Shown here: positions 6,792 through 16,250 of the stretch, piece after piece
Layout: the number at the start of each line of letters is the position of its first letter
How positions within the stretch are numbered: position 1 is the stretch's first letter
Source of the DNA: Candidatus Heimdallarchaeota archaeon
GTDB taxonomy: Archaea; Asgardarchaeota; Heimdallarchaeia; Heimdallarchaeales; Heimdallarchaeaceae
Length of the DNA stretch: 29,674 bases
Assembly: GCA_016839945.1 (NCBI GenBank)
Contig: JAEOTE010000095.1
Coordinates: forward strand, 1 to 29,674
Direction of reading: 5' to 3'
Program-made: the position numbers and the translations under genes
Notes under the pieces: model-generated
The model's input: the letters and a program-made list of their open reading frames with translations, nothing else
Databases searched by the model: none
Told to the model about the DNA's origin: nothing

Positions 6792-9758
6792 ATGTCAGAT
6801 AAAGATGAATTGTCTCCATCTTTACACCTTGGAGTTAATTTTGATACAAAAGAAGATGTTTTTTTGCCTTCAAAAGCTCTTAACAAGCATATAAGTGTAT
6901 TTGGTCAAAGTGGGAGTGGGAAAACTGTTGCTTGTAAAATATTAATTGAAGAAGCAATAAGAAAAAGTATCCCAGCAATAATAATTGATCCGCAAGGGGA
7001 TATCAGTAGTTTAGTAATGGTAGAAGATTATGAAAAACTAAAACCATACGGAATCTCCAAGGAATTTTATGAAGAGTATAAAAATAAAGTTGAAATTGTT
7101 ATATTTACTCCCGCATCTGAGAAAGGAATCCCACTATCTATAAATCCTTTAATTATGCCACCTCAAGAGTTAGACAGAGAGGAAAAAATACTTGCTATAG
7201 ATGGTATAGCAACAACAATTGCAAATGTTTTAGGGTATAGATTAAGTTCCGAAAAAGGCGGTGCTGTAAAAGCTTATTTAGTTTCTTTATTTGAACAATG
7301 TCTAGATAAGGATATTTTAATCGCTGATTTTGAAATGCTTATTGATTTAATTAAAACAGAAGTTGCATATGTTCCAGAAAATATTCGTTCACTTCTGTCT
7401 CAAAAGGAGAAAGATTCTCTAATTAAAAGAATCAAAACCATAACTGTAGGAGCACCTTCTCTTGTCTTTAATTTAGGACCAAAATTATCTATTCAAACTT
7501 TAATACGTTCAACAGATCCAGATAAGATAAGAATTGCTATCATCTTTCTAAATACTCTCACAAATCTCAGACTGCGAGAACTATACATCACTACTTTAGC
7601 TCAGAGTCTTTATACCTACATTAGATCCAATCCTTCAGTAGATCCACAATTAATATTCTATATAGATGAGCTTGCTGGACCTCCTCAACTTATCCCTCCT
7701 CATCCTAAAAATCCTCCAACAAAACAATGGTTACAGCTATTGTTTAAACAAGGAAGAAAGTTTGGTCTATCAATGTTGGTGGCTACGCAGAATATTTCTG
7801 ATGTTGACTATAAATCGTTTGGTCAAGTTAGTACTTTCTTATTTGGACGATTTGTTACTCCTCAAGATTTACGTATAGTTGACAAGATGCTTCAAGCTTA
7901 CCCAGAGGCTCGTTTTATTGTAGATCAACTACAGAATTTCAAAAGTGGTGAGTTCTATATTCTCTCTCCAGATGTCTTTACAAAACCAGAACATATTGAA
8001 ACTCGAAGATTGTATACTATTCATAAAACTCTATCTGATGAAGATGTAGCAAAAATCTATGATAATCCTCCTGAAGTTTTATGTAAACAAATAGGAGATT
8101 ATGATCATGATATCGATGCAATGGATCTGGAAGATATTGAGAAAGAATTGAATCTTGAAGACCTGGAGAAAGAATTGGCATCAATAAAGAAAATATCAAA
8201 GACTCCAACTCTGTTAGATAAACAAGCTGGAATTGAACCATCTCCTGAAGAAGCAAGAGTAGATATGGACACTCCTTCATCTGAGGTTTCAAAAACAGAA
8301 ATAGAATCTGAAGTTGAATCAGTAAAAATTGAGGTAATCGATCTTACAAATGTTATCAAAACAATGAAGGATCAGTACTTGAAATATGAACCCGTTGAAT
8401 TTAAAGAGTTGTTAGATAAATTCTTTGGGAGTCGTAAATTCAGTTTCTTAGGTACTAAAAATCTATCATTAGCTTATGTTCCATTTCTGTATTTAGATTT
8501 TCAAATACTAGCAAAAAGAAGGATTCAAGCAAATTATGCAAATGCTGACAGATGGAATGAAATAAGTCATTCTATACCAATAAAGAGAATTTTTCCATTA
8601 ATTGACAAAATAGAGTTTAGTGATAAAGAAAAAATTTGGAGTCAAGAAAGTATCCCGATTCAACCAGAAGAAGTTTTTGAGGAATTGATTTCAGTTTTAC
8701 CATTAAAGAATCTTAGTAATCTTTTCAGTGCTCCATCAACTAATATTAAACAACTAGAGATTCAAAGAAAACCAGAAACAATCCTTGAATCATTTCATGA
8801 TGTTTTGTTGGTTGATCAAACGCTCTATACTAGTGAATGGCAAAAAGCGATTGAAGAGGGTCTGCTGAAGATTGAAACAGATCATGAAGTTGAAATCAAG
8901 AACTGGTTGGAAGAACTTGAAAAAGAGAGAAACAATTTATGGAAATCAATAAATGAAAAGAGAAAAAAAGTAAAACGATTCCAAGCTAAAATTGAAGAAG
9001 CAAAGGCTCTGTATGTTACACTTAAACCTCTAATGGAAGATAAATACAAGTATAAAAGCACCAGTGATGTTGGGAATTACAGTAAAGCTGTGGAAACACT
9101 CAAATATGGACCTCAAGTGATTAAGAATTTCGTTAAAGAAGTAGAAAATGGAATAGCTACAATTAAATCCCTTGATTCTCAAATTAAAGCATCTCCAAAG
9201 GTTAGACTTCTGCAAGATATAAGTAAAATTCTCAATAGAAAAGAATTCATCATACCAAAAGCTAATGAAATAAAGAACGTTTATGCCGCCCTTATATACA
9301 TCCCTGTCTCCTTAGCTGAAATTTCCATTGTAGATAGTAATGGTAATGAGTTATTACTAAATGGAATTGCAGAATCTGCTCTTGGAACAGAAGTACATCT
9401 ACTATGTGAAATGTGTTTAGAACAAAAATCAAGCAAAATGCTATTTGTGTCTACTCCAGATGTATGCTCTGTTTGTGGAACAGTTTTATGTCAAGATCAT
9501 ACTATAGAGGATTCTATAACAAAGGATATTGTTTGTTCAAAACATGCAGTTGTATGCTCTGATTGTAAAAGAGTTGTATCCTCTGCTTCCTCTCAAAAAT
9601 GTGAATTTTGTGAAGAATATAGTTGTAGTGAACACATCAAACAGTGTTCATCTTGCGGAAAAATTCTATGTAAGAAACATGCGAAGGAAGAAATGAAAAA
9701 AGGTTTGTTTAAAGAAGAAACTCAAATACTCTGTCCAAATCATAGCAAAAGGAAGTGA
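6792..9758 (+). CDS. HerA/FtsK-superfamily (DUF87/DUF853-like) ATPase with an acidic linker, a coiled coil and C-terminal Cys/His zinc-finger repeats
   Basis: KHISVFGQSGSGKT (Walker A), IIIDPQGD, IFYIDE (Walker B) and KQGRKFGLSMLVATQN (HerA Arg-finger/Gln sensor). A coiled coil lies at about aa 700-800, and there are C-x2-C-x4-C-x2-H repeats at the C-terminus. Confidence 0.85.
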   Translation: MSDKDELSPSLHLGVNFDTKEDVFLPSKALNKHISVFGQSGSGKTVACKILIEEAIRKSIPAIIIDPQGDISSLVMVEDYEKLKPYGISKEFYEEYKNKVEIVIFTPASEKGIPLSINPLIMPPQELDREEKILAIDGIATTIANVLGYRLSSEKGGAVKAYLVSLFEQCLDKDILIADFEMLIDLIKTEVAYVPENIRSLLSQKEKDSLIKRIKTITVGAPSLVFNLGPKLSIQTLIRSTDPDKIRIAIIFLNTLTNLRLRELYITTLAQSLYTYIRSNPSVDPQLIFYIDELAGPPQLIPPHPKNPPTKQWLQLLFKQGRKFGLSMLVATQNISDVDYKSFGQVSTFLFGRFVTPQDLRIVDKMLQAYPEARFIVDQLQNFKSGEFYILSPDVFTKPEHIETRRLYTIHKTLSDEDVAKIYDNPPEVLCKQIGDYDHDIDAMDLEDIEKELNLEDLEKELASIKKISKTPTLLDKQAGIEPSPEEARVDMDTPSSEVSKTEIESEVESVKIEVIDLTNVIKTMKDQYLKYEPVEFKELLDKFFGSRKFSFLGTKNLSLAYVPFLYLDFQILAKRRIQANYANADRWNEISHSIPIKRIFPLIDKIEFSDKEKIWSQESIPIQPEEVFEELISVLPLKNLSNLFSAPSTNIKQLEIQRKPETILESFHDVLLVDQTLYTSEWQKAIEEGLLKIETDHEVEIKNWLEELEKERNNLWKSINEKRKKVKRFQAKIEEAKALYVTLKPLMEDKYKYKSTSDVGNYSKAVETLKYGPQVIKNFVKEVENGIATIKSLDSQIKASPKVRLLQDISKILNRKEFIIPKANEIKNVYAALIYIPVSLAEISIVDSNGNELLLNGIAESALGTEVHLLCEMCLEQKSSKMLFVSTPDVCSVCGTVLCQDHTIEDSITKDIVCSKHAVVCSDCKRVVSSASSQKCEFCEEYSCSEHIKQCSSCGKILCKKHAKEEMKKGLFKEETQILCPNHSKRK

Positions 9759-10333
9759 AAACCATCTCCTACAAGAGGAAGAAGCGAAAACCGTTAGTTA
9801 TTTTACTTGCAGGATTACCTGGTACAGGAAAATCAACCCTAGCTCGAAAACTAGCAAGAAGATATAGACTAGAACATATTAGTACTGATTCTGTTCGTAA
9901 AAGAATCTTCCGTGATGTAAGGCATAACACATTTGGAAGAGGATCATATTCTGAAAGGCAAAGAATGATTGTCTATGATGCCATTTTCTATGTCATTTAT
10001 ACCTTACTCAAACACAACGTTGGTGTGGTTTTAGACGGTACATTTTACAGAGAAAGATTACGAAGTAAAGTGAAACGAATAGCAGAACGATTTGATGCTA
10101 AATTTCTCCTAGTTATAGTAACTTGCCCTGAAAGTTTAATAAGAAAGAGGTTTGAAGAAAGAGATACTAGAAAAAGAAGAACTTTAAGTGATGCAGATAC
10201 AAAGATATTTGAGAAATTTAAACAGCTGTTTGAACCTACAAAATTAGAACATCTTGAAGTGGATATGACTTCTGATTATCAAAAAATATTAGAAATGATT
10301 AGTAATGCTCTCTCAGAAAGAAATATTGAATAA
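9755..10333 (+). CDS. P-loop kinase, AAA_33/COG0645 (gluconate/polynucleotide-kinase-like)
   Basis: VILLAGLPGTGKSTLAR, HISTDSVRK, VVLDGTF and a lid R..R...SDAD. Its GTG start overlaps the upstream TGA (GTGA). Confidence 0.85.
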   Translation: MKTISYKRKKRKPLVILLAGLPGTGKSTLARKLARRYRLEHISTDSVRKRIFRDVRHNTFGRGSYSERQRMIVYDAIFYVIYTLLKHNVGVVLDGTFYRERLRSKVKRIAERFDAKFLLVIVTCPESLIRKRFEERDTRKRRTLSDADTKIFEKFKQLFEPTKLEHLEVDMTSDYQKILEMISNALSERNIE

Positions 10334-11300
10334 ATTATTAGAACCTTCAACTTATCCTCATGAAACTGAAAAGGAAATTGAGCTAATTGAAACGAATATA
10401 AGTTGGATTTTCTTGACAGGCTCTTTTGCATACAAAATGAAGAAAGAGATAAAATTCGGGGAAGTTTTAGACTTTTCTACACTTAAGAAAAGGTTGGAAG
10501 CCTGTAAAAATGAAATTATATTAAACAGGAGACTAGCTCCTGATGTTTATCTAAGTGTTGAAGGAATAAATAATGATGGAATTCTAAGTGATAAAGGAGA
10601 ACCTATTGAATATTTAGTCAAAATGAAACAACTACCTCAAGAATCTCTATTATCGTACAAAATAAAAAAAGAAAAAAGTTTGAGAAAAGAAACCATCAAA
10701 AATATTGCTAAGAAAATAGCAGAATTTCATCAACAAAATATAGTTTACCCAGAATATTCTCATTATGAAGACATTTTTGAGAAATGGGATGAAAATTTTA
10801 GAACCACAAAAACATATCCAAACTTTCCTTACGATGTCAAACTAGAAAAAAGAGTTTATGATTATTTAGTGAGAAATAAAGATTTCTGGGAAAAAAGAAA
10901 GGATTTAGGTAAAATCATTGAAGGTCATGGTGATCTTATATTGTCTAATATCTTTGAACTAGATGAAGATGATGAAATAGTTATTTTTGATTGTATAGAA
11001 TTCAATGAAACTTTAAGAATCCAAGATGTGTTGGAAGAGTTAGCATTTCTATCTATGGATTTAGACTTCAACGGATTAACTAAACAATCCGAATTATTCA
11101 TTTTCACCTACTTAGAAGAAACGAATGATAAGATGGAACCTTCATCTCCTTTTATTCAATTCTACAAATCCTACAGAGCTTATGTCAGAGCAAAGGTTTA
11201 CTGCTCATTATCACTGCAAGATATCTCTTCAAGTGAGAAAGATCAATTTCTAGCTTTAACTGAGAAATACAGAGAGCTTGCATCATCATACAGCTTCTAA
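10305..11300 (+). CDS. Aminoglycoside-phosphotransferase/kinase-like protein (COG2187)
   Basis: ELIETNISWIFLTGSFAYKMKK, LDFSTLKKRLEACKNEIILNRRLAPDVY, IEGHGDLILSNI, IFDCIEFNETLR..D..EELAFLSMDL and FYKSYRAYVRAKV. Confidence 0.9.
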   Translation: MLSQKEILNKLLEPSTYPHETEKEIELIETNISWIFLTGSFAYKMKKEIKFGEVLDFSTLKKRLEACKNEIILNRRLAPDVYLSVEGINNDGILSDKGEPIEYLVKMKQLPQESLLSYKIKKEKSLRKETIKNIAKKIAEFHQQNIVYPEYSHYEDIFEKWDENFRTTKTYPNFPYDVKLEKRVYDYLVRNKDFWEKRKDLGKIIEGHGDLILSNIFELDEDDEIVIFDCIEFNETLRIQDVLEELAFLSMDLDFNGLTKQSELFIFTYLEETNDKMEPSSPFIQFYKSYRAYVRAKVYCSLSLQDISSSEKDQFLALTEKYRELASSYSF

Positions 11301-11349
11301 AATCTAGATTTTCCAAACTCATATAAAGAATAACAAAAATGAGAATAAC

Positions 11350-12201
11350 ATGAAAGTTGGGTGTCATGTTTCTATTGCTAAATCAATAGATTTATCCTTT
11401 TCAAGAGCAAAAGAAATAGGCTGTACAACTTTTCAAATATTTACAAAAAATCCAAGAGGATGGTCTGCAAAACCATTAGAAAAAGAAGCGATTGTAAAAT
11501 TTAAGAGTCAAATGGTTCAATATGGTATATCTCCAGTTTTTGCACATATTTCATACTTACCAAATTTAGCATCTTTAGATAAAACTGTATATACAAAATC
11601 AATAGAATCACTATTGGTTGAATTAGAACGTTGCATGATATTAACAATTCCATATTTTATTATTCATGGGGGTTCATATAAGGGAGGTTCCTTTAAACAA
11701 GGATTCGATACATACATAAACTCCATTCTCAAAGGATTAGAAATTCTAGGAAACAAAGTCACTATTCTAGTTGAAAACTCAGCTGGAGGAAAGAATTCTA
11801 TAACAGGAGACATAAACAATATTGCCAAGATACTAGAAGAAATAGGAGATGAGAGGTCTGTTAAATTTTGTTTTGACACTTGTCATGGTTTTAGTGCAGG
11901 TTATGATTTAAGGAATAAAAAAGCAATAGCTAATACACTAGCTGTTATTGAATCTAATATAGGAATAGATAATCTGGTCCTAATTCATGCAAATGATTCT
12001 AAAGGTGATTTTATGTCTCATCGTGATATACATGAACACATAGGTTTAGGGAAAATTGGCGAAGAAGGATTCAAAGAATTAGTTAATCATCCTTTGTTGA
12101 AAAACAAATTTTGGATTCTAGAAACACCAGTAAATGAAATAAGGGGGGATATAGAAAATATCAACTTCTTACTTTCTTTGGTGGAAAATAAAAAAGAATA
12201 A
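11350..12201 (+). CDS. nfo: Endonuclease IV (AP endonuclease 2 family)
   Basis: GCHVSIA, FQIFTKNPRGW, HISYLPNLA, ENSAG, CFDTCHGFSAGYD, HANDSK, HRDIHEHIGLG and ILETP; the Zn-ligand motifs are present. Confidence 0.95.
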   Translation: MKVGCHVSIAKSIDLSFSRAKEIGCTTFQIFTKNPRGWSAKPLEKEAIVKFKSQMVQYGISPVFAHISYLPNLASLDKTVYTKSIESLLVELERCMILTIPYFIIHGGSYKGGSFKQGFDTYINSILKGLEILGNKVTILVENSAGGKNSITGDINNIAKILEEIGDERSVKFCFDTCHGFSAGYDLRNKKAIANTLAVIESNIGIDNLVLIHANDSKGDFMSHRDIHEHIGLGKIGEEGFKELVNHPLLKNKFWILETPVNEIRGDIENINFLLSLVENKKE

Positions 12202-12205
12202 TTCC

Positions 12206-12799
12206 CTATCCTGTAACTAATGGAGGGAATACAAAATTAAAGATTATTATGAAGACTACGGCTAAGATTACTGTGTATAATCCAGCTTTAAATGAAGGGG
12301 CAATTGCGGGGACTCTTTTTTCTCCAGGACGTATATCTGTATCAATATGTTTTCTAGTTGTTTCATCAATAACTTGTCCTGTAGCCATTTCACTGACAAT
12401 TTTCTTCTTTTTCTCTTCTCGAACTATATTTTTAGCTTCCTCAAAAGTTTGTGATTTCCTTGTTATTTTTCCTTTTATCCAAAGCCAAATAACACTCATA
12501 TAATCAAAAGATATGGCTAAACCATATAGAAATGCACTACCACCATAAATTAGTAGAAATATTATAGTTGTACTTAATGAAGAGCTATTAAATCCTAATC
12601 CAAATATAACACCAGTTAACATTGCAGAAAACCAGATAATTGAAGCTAATAGCCATGAAGCTAATGGCATTTGCATCATTTTATCATATAATATCCCTGC
12701 TCTTGAAACTTCGAATGCATACCCGCAATATTGACATTTGTATGTGACACTATCTTCTAAAAGTGAGATATTTTCAAGCTTACAGAATCTACAATCCAT
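12206..12799 (-). CDS. Hypothetical membrane protein with an N-terminal zinc ribbon
   Basis: CRFC-x15-CQYCG at the N-terminus, followed by three hydrophobic segments. Confidence 0.75.
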   Translation of the reverse strand: MDCRFCKLENISLLEDSVTYKCQYCGYAFEVSRAGILYDKMMQMPLASWLLASIIWFSAMLTGVIFGLGFNSSSLSTTIIFLLIYGGSAFLYGLAISFDYMSVIWLWIKGKITRKSQTFEEAKNIVREEKKKKIVSEMATGQVIDETTRKHIDTDIRPGEKRVPAIAPSFKAGLYTVILAVVFIIIFNFVFPPLVTG

Positions 12800-12887
12800 T
12801 CCTTACACCTTAAACTCAACTTTATTTTATACAAGGTCTTTATATTTCTTGTGGAACTGACTTCTTTTTCTAATATTTATGTTTTTA

Positions 12888-13808
12888 CTAAGATTTTTCC
12901 TTTTGATAATAATCACTAATGAAATTAGACAGCTTTTGGTCTCTAACTTCCCATTTTGAATGTTTTAACACTTCTTGGATTAAATAAGAGAGTCTTCTTG
13001 CTTCAGGAAGAGAATTTTCATCTTCTACAGCAATTGAAATTACTATATTCTTTTCTTCTGCGATAAAGAAATAATGAGGATCCACTTTTATCACTTTGAA
13101 TTTCTCTTCACCTAGAAGCTCATCTGTAAAACCACTCAAAGCTTTAAGATAACCTACAAACATTCCAGTATCATCTACAAGATTATGAGGATCATGAATA
13201 AAAAGTGGTGTTCCTATTGAGTCAGATATAATAATAGCTAAAGGTTCTTGATTCTCTATTTCATAGTTTTGTCTTACTTTAGAAAAAAACCATTTCATAG
13301 CATAATTCAAGTTAGATTCTGTTCTCAATGATGTTTTAAAAATCTGAAATGAGATATCAGGTAAACTAGACATTTTTGTTAGATTTAATTCTTCGATTAT
13401 TTCTTCAAGATTCATCGATTTTTTTAGATCCGACTTATTTGCAAGAAACAGAATAACTTTATCCAAAAATGATCCTTGAAGCCATTCATTCATCATTATC
13501 CAGAACCATTTCTTTGCTTCCTCAATTTTCTGTTCATCTGAAGAATCAAAAACAAAAATAATACCAGCTGATGATATGGCATAAGTTTTCCATATTTCTT
13601 CACGAAAAGATTCTTGGCCAGATAAATCAAAGATACTGAAAGTTACATCTCCTATCACAACTTGATCAAATTTAAGACCAATCGTAGGTTTAGGTCGAGT
13701 AAATCTTTTTTCTTTCAACCAATTAACTAATGTAGTTTTCCCTGCATAGGGTAAGCCTATTACAGCAACTGGAATACCTGATTTATTCAGTTTCAGTAAG
13801 TCTTTCAT
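12888..13808 (-). CDS. Arf-like small GTPase fused to a C-terminal longin/roadblock-like domain
   Basis: G1 GLPYAGKTT, G2 PKPTIG, G3 FDLSGQESFR..IWKTY, GIIFVFDSSD, G4 LANKSDL and G5 FKTS. The C-terminal LAIIISDSIGTPLF...MFVGYLKALSGFTDELLG..FKVIKV...FFIAEE..IVISIAV has the longin-type beta-beta-alpha-beta-beta-beta-alpha pattern. Confidence 0.9.
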   Translation of the reverse strand: MKDLLKLNKSGIPVAVIGLPYAGKTTLVNWLKEKRFTRPKPTIGLKFDQVVIGDVTFSIFDLSGQESFREEIWKTYAISSAGIIFVFDSSDEQKIEEAKKWFWIMMNEWLQGSFLDKVILFLANKSDLKKSMNLEEIIEELNLTKMSSLPDISFQIFKTSLRTESNLNYAMKWFFSKVRQNYEIENQEPLAIIISDSIGTPLFIHDPHNLVDDTGMFVGYLKALSGFTDELLGEEKFKVIKVDPHYFFIAEEKNIVISIAVEDENSLPEARRLSYLIQEVLKHSKWEVRDQKLSNFISDYYQKEKS

Positions 13809-13842
13809 AATTCTTCTTCCAATACTAAAATTACTCCATCAA

Positions 13843-16143
13843 TTAAAGGTTTAGTATTAAATAATCAAGAGTCGAGATTAACTCTTGATATGGAACATCT
13901 CTTCTTTTTCTTCTGTCCCTTAAAGCTCCCGCATTTTCTCTGCTAAATAGAGATAAGGTGTAGACTAATTGTGGGAGTTCCCTTTGATCTTCTAAATACT
14001 CAACAATCTTGCCTAATGAATCACTTACTGTATATAGAGAATCTCCAGCTCGTGCATAGCTACCTGCTGCTTTGGAAGTTTTTTTAATTCTAATGAATAA
14101 CTCACCAAGAACGATATTCTTTATTGATTCAAACATCTCCTTGATAGCTGGAACAAAAGCTTCTCTACGTTTAACAAAGTCCCAATTAATTTCATTTCCC
14201 TTTATTGAAACATTTTTCTTAACAGCTATTAGCTCTTGAGTATCGATTAAAATTAAGTCTAACATTTCTTGGAAATCAGTCATTGCGTTTATTTGAGCTT
14301 CGACAGTTTCTATCATAAATTCAGGCAATTGGTCTGCTTCTGATAATAGGGCAATTAATTCCTCAAAAAATTTTCTCACTTCATTCTTGTAATTTGACTG
14401 TAGTCCTAAGGATACTAAACTAGATTCAGTAATCATTCCAGCTTGTTTTGTTTCTAACATCCTTTCACTTATTTTGGCTTTTAGTTTTTTTTCACTTGTT
14501 TTTTTCTTTATTAATGAAATGCTTTGTTCAGCTTTCTTTGCATAATAATGAGCTCTTGCTCGTAAAATTAAATCTAGAACAATGTTATTATCAGCATACA
14601 TGTAGGTTTTATTCTCAGCAATTATCGATCGCAAATAGTATCTAATGGCATGAATTTTATGTCTTTTGGGATCTCTATCTGATACAAATGCTGGCAGTAA
14701 TTCTATAGCTTTTTCTAAATATGATAATCTCTCATCTAATTCCTGTAATTCCTTATAACTTCCCTGTGGATTATTATCATCAACTCTTAAAAATTCCACA
14801 TCTATTTCTGATAATGCTGCACTCATTGCTTTAAGTGGAAAATCAAATTGAGAAACTAGTCGATCTATCATATTCAAATGAGAAGTATCTTGAACTAGAA
14901 GGTCATTCATGATAGATGAAACAGAAGAATAAATAACACTAACACCATAAATATAAGGAAGAGAGCCTGCACCTTCAATTTTCTTCAATAATTTTTCTAC
15001 CCCAACACATGCTTTAGCAGCTTTATCAGTTTCTTGCGCATATAGATCATCAACTATTTCAGAATACTTAACAGCTAATTCAGTTAATGAATTCAAAATT
15101 GATAGTTCAGCTTCATCTGTTTGAAGACTTTTTTGTATTGCAGAACTTTCTGGTGATCCAGATTCATCTAGTAGCTTACTCGCTTTTTTAAATTCTTTAA
15201 GAGCCTCACTATAGTAAGTAGAAGCGTATTTTATATTACCGCTTTCCATTGCATTTTGAGCTAGTAATTTGAAATGATGAACTAATGAAATTGCACTTTG
15301 AGCATCAACTATTGGTAAGAATTCAGTTTGAATAGACAGAGCTCTATTTCCTAGAGTTTCAGGCATTTTATTCCATAGCTCAATTACTGTTTCAAAATGT
15401 TCTTTAGCATGGTTAAGTATACTTAATTCAGAAATTGGATCACTCCACCAGAAATCTTCAGATGCTTTTCTAGATGTATTAATGATATTTGTTAATAGTG
15501 TCATACCTTGAAGATAATCATATTCTCCTTTTCGAGAGAGAACAATAGGATTTTCTTCACTACCTGGTAAACTGTCGTAAATTGGCAAAAGTCTTTTCAA
15601 ATTCTCTAATTGAATTAAAGGCATTAAGATTTGTAGAAGATCATTTCTTGTAGGAGAAGGAGTTAACCCTTCATTTTCAACCTCTGGTAATTCATTATTC
15701 ATAAAACGATAAAGAATTTGATCAATTGTTTCTTTAGCAGTGATATAATACGAATATTGACTTGTCGATGGAGAAAAGCCGAAAACTCCTCTATTTCTTA
15801 CTTGAGAATAGACATAGGTAAGAATCCCCAATTGTAATTCAAATTTATTCAGAGCCATTAATTGATTGCGAAAATCTCCATACAACAATTCATGAAGAGC
15901 TAAAGGATTATCCTTACCTTCTTGTATATCATTAAAAACATCAAAAATTCTCTCAACAGACATGTCTGCAAGACTGTTTATCACTGATAGATTCTTAGAA
16001 CAAGATTCAGCGAAAGATATCCAAGCTTCTGATATCTCTTTAGGTTCATCCAATTTGGTAAAAGAACGATAAAGATTATCTCTTTCAAGTTCCATTTCAA
16101 CAAATTTATTGAAAGGTCTAGTATCTAATAAAGAAAGATGCAT
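13843..16143 (-). CDS. Large predicted all-alpha-helical protein (possible TPR/solenoid), upstream of the GTPase
   Basis: 766-aa ORF, Ala/Leu/Glu-rich, with TPR-like segments (YASTYYSEALKEFKKASKLL; KAAGSYARAGDSLY). It has no TM segment or catalytic motif and ends 34 nt before the GTPase start. Confidence 0.75.
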   Translation of the reverse strand: MHLSLLDTRPFNKFVEMELERDNLYRSFTKLDEPKEISEAWISFAESCSKNLSVINSLADMSVERIFDVFNDIQEGKDNPLALHELLYGDFRNQLMALNKFELQLGILTYVYSQVRNRGVFGFSPSTSQYSYYITAKETIDQILYRFMNNELPEVENEGLTPSPTRNDLLQILMPLIQLENLKRLLPIYDSLPGSEENPIVLSRKGEYDYLQGMTLLTNIINTSRKASEDFWWSDPISELSILNHAKEHFETVIELWNKMPETLGNRALSIQTEFLPIVDAQSAISLVHHFKLLAQNAMESGNIKYASTYYSEALKEFKKASKLLDESGSPESSAIQKSLQTDEAELSILNSLTELAVKYSEIVDDLYAQETDKAAKACVGVEKLLKKIEGAGSLPYIYGVSVIYSSVSSIMNDLLVQDTSHLNMIDRLVSQFDFPLKAMSAALSEIDVEFLRVDDNNPQGSYKELQELDERLSYLEKAIELLPAFVSDRDPKRHKIHAIRYYLRSIIAENKTYMYADNNIVLDLILRARAHYYAKKAEQSISLIKKKTSEKKLKAKISERMLETKQAGMITESSLVSLGLQSNYKNEVRKFFEELIALLSEADQLPEFMIETVEAQINAMTDFQEMLDLILIDTQELIAVKKNVSIKGNEINWDFVKRREAFVPAIKEMFESIKNIVLGELFIRIKKTSKAAGSYARAGDSLYTVSDSLGKIVEYLEDQRELPQLVYTLSLFSRENAGALRDRRKRRDVPYQELISTLDYLILNL

Positions 16144-16250
16144 ATGAGTAAATGTTTTTAATATTCAATAAAGTTTTTGTAAAAATCATTCTAGCAATAA
16201 TAATTAAAAGAATGCAAAAAATCTAAATAGTGAAATGATACACGATAAGT

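Noticed and set aside
6792-9758. Canonical herA of the HerA-NurA-Mre11-Rad50 operon, or a conjugative VirB4
   Set aside because: There is no N-terminal HAS barrel and no nurA/mre11/rad50 or T4SS genes in the window, so no gene symbol was assigned.
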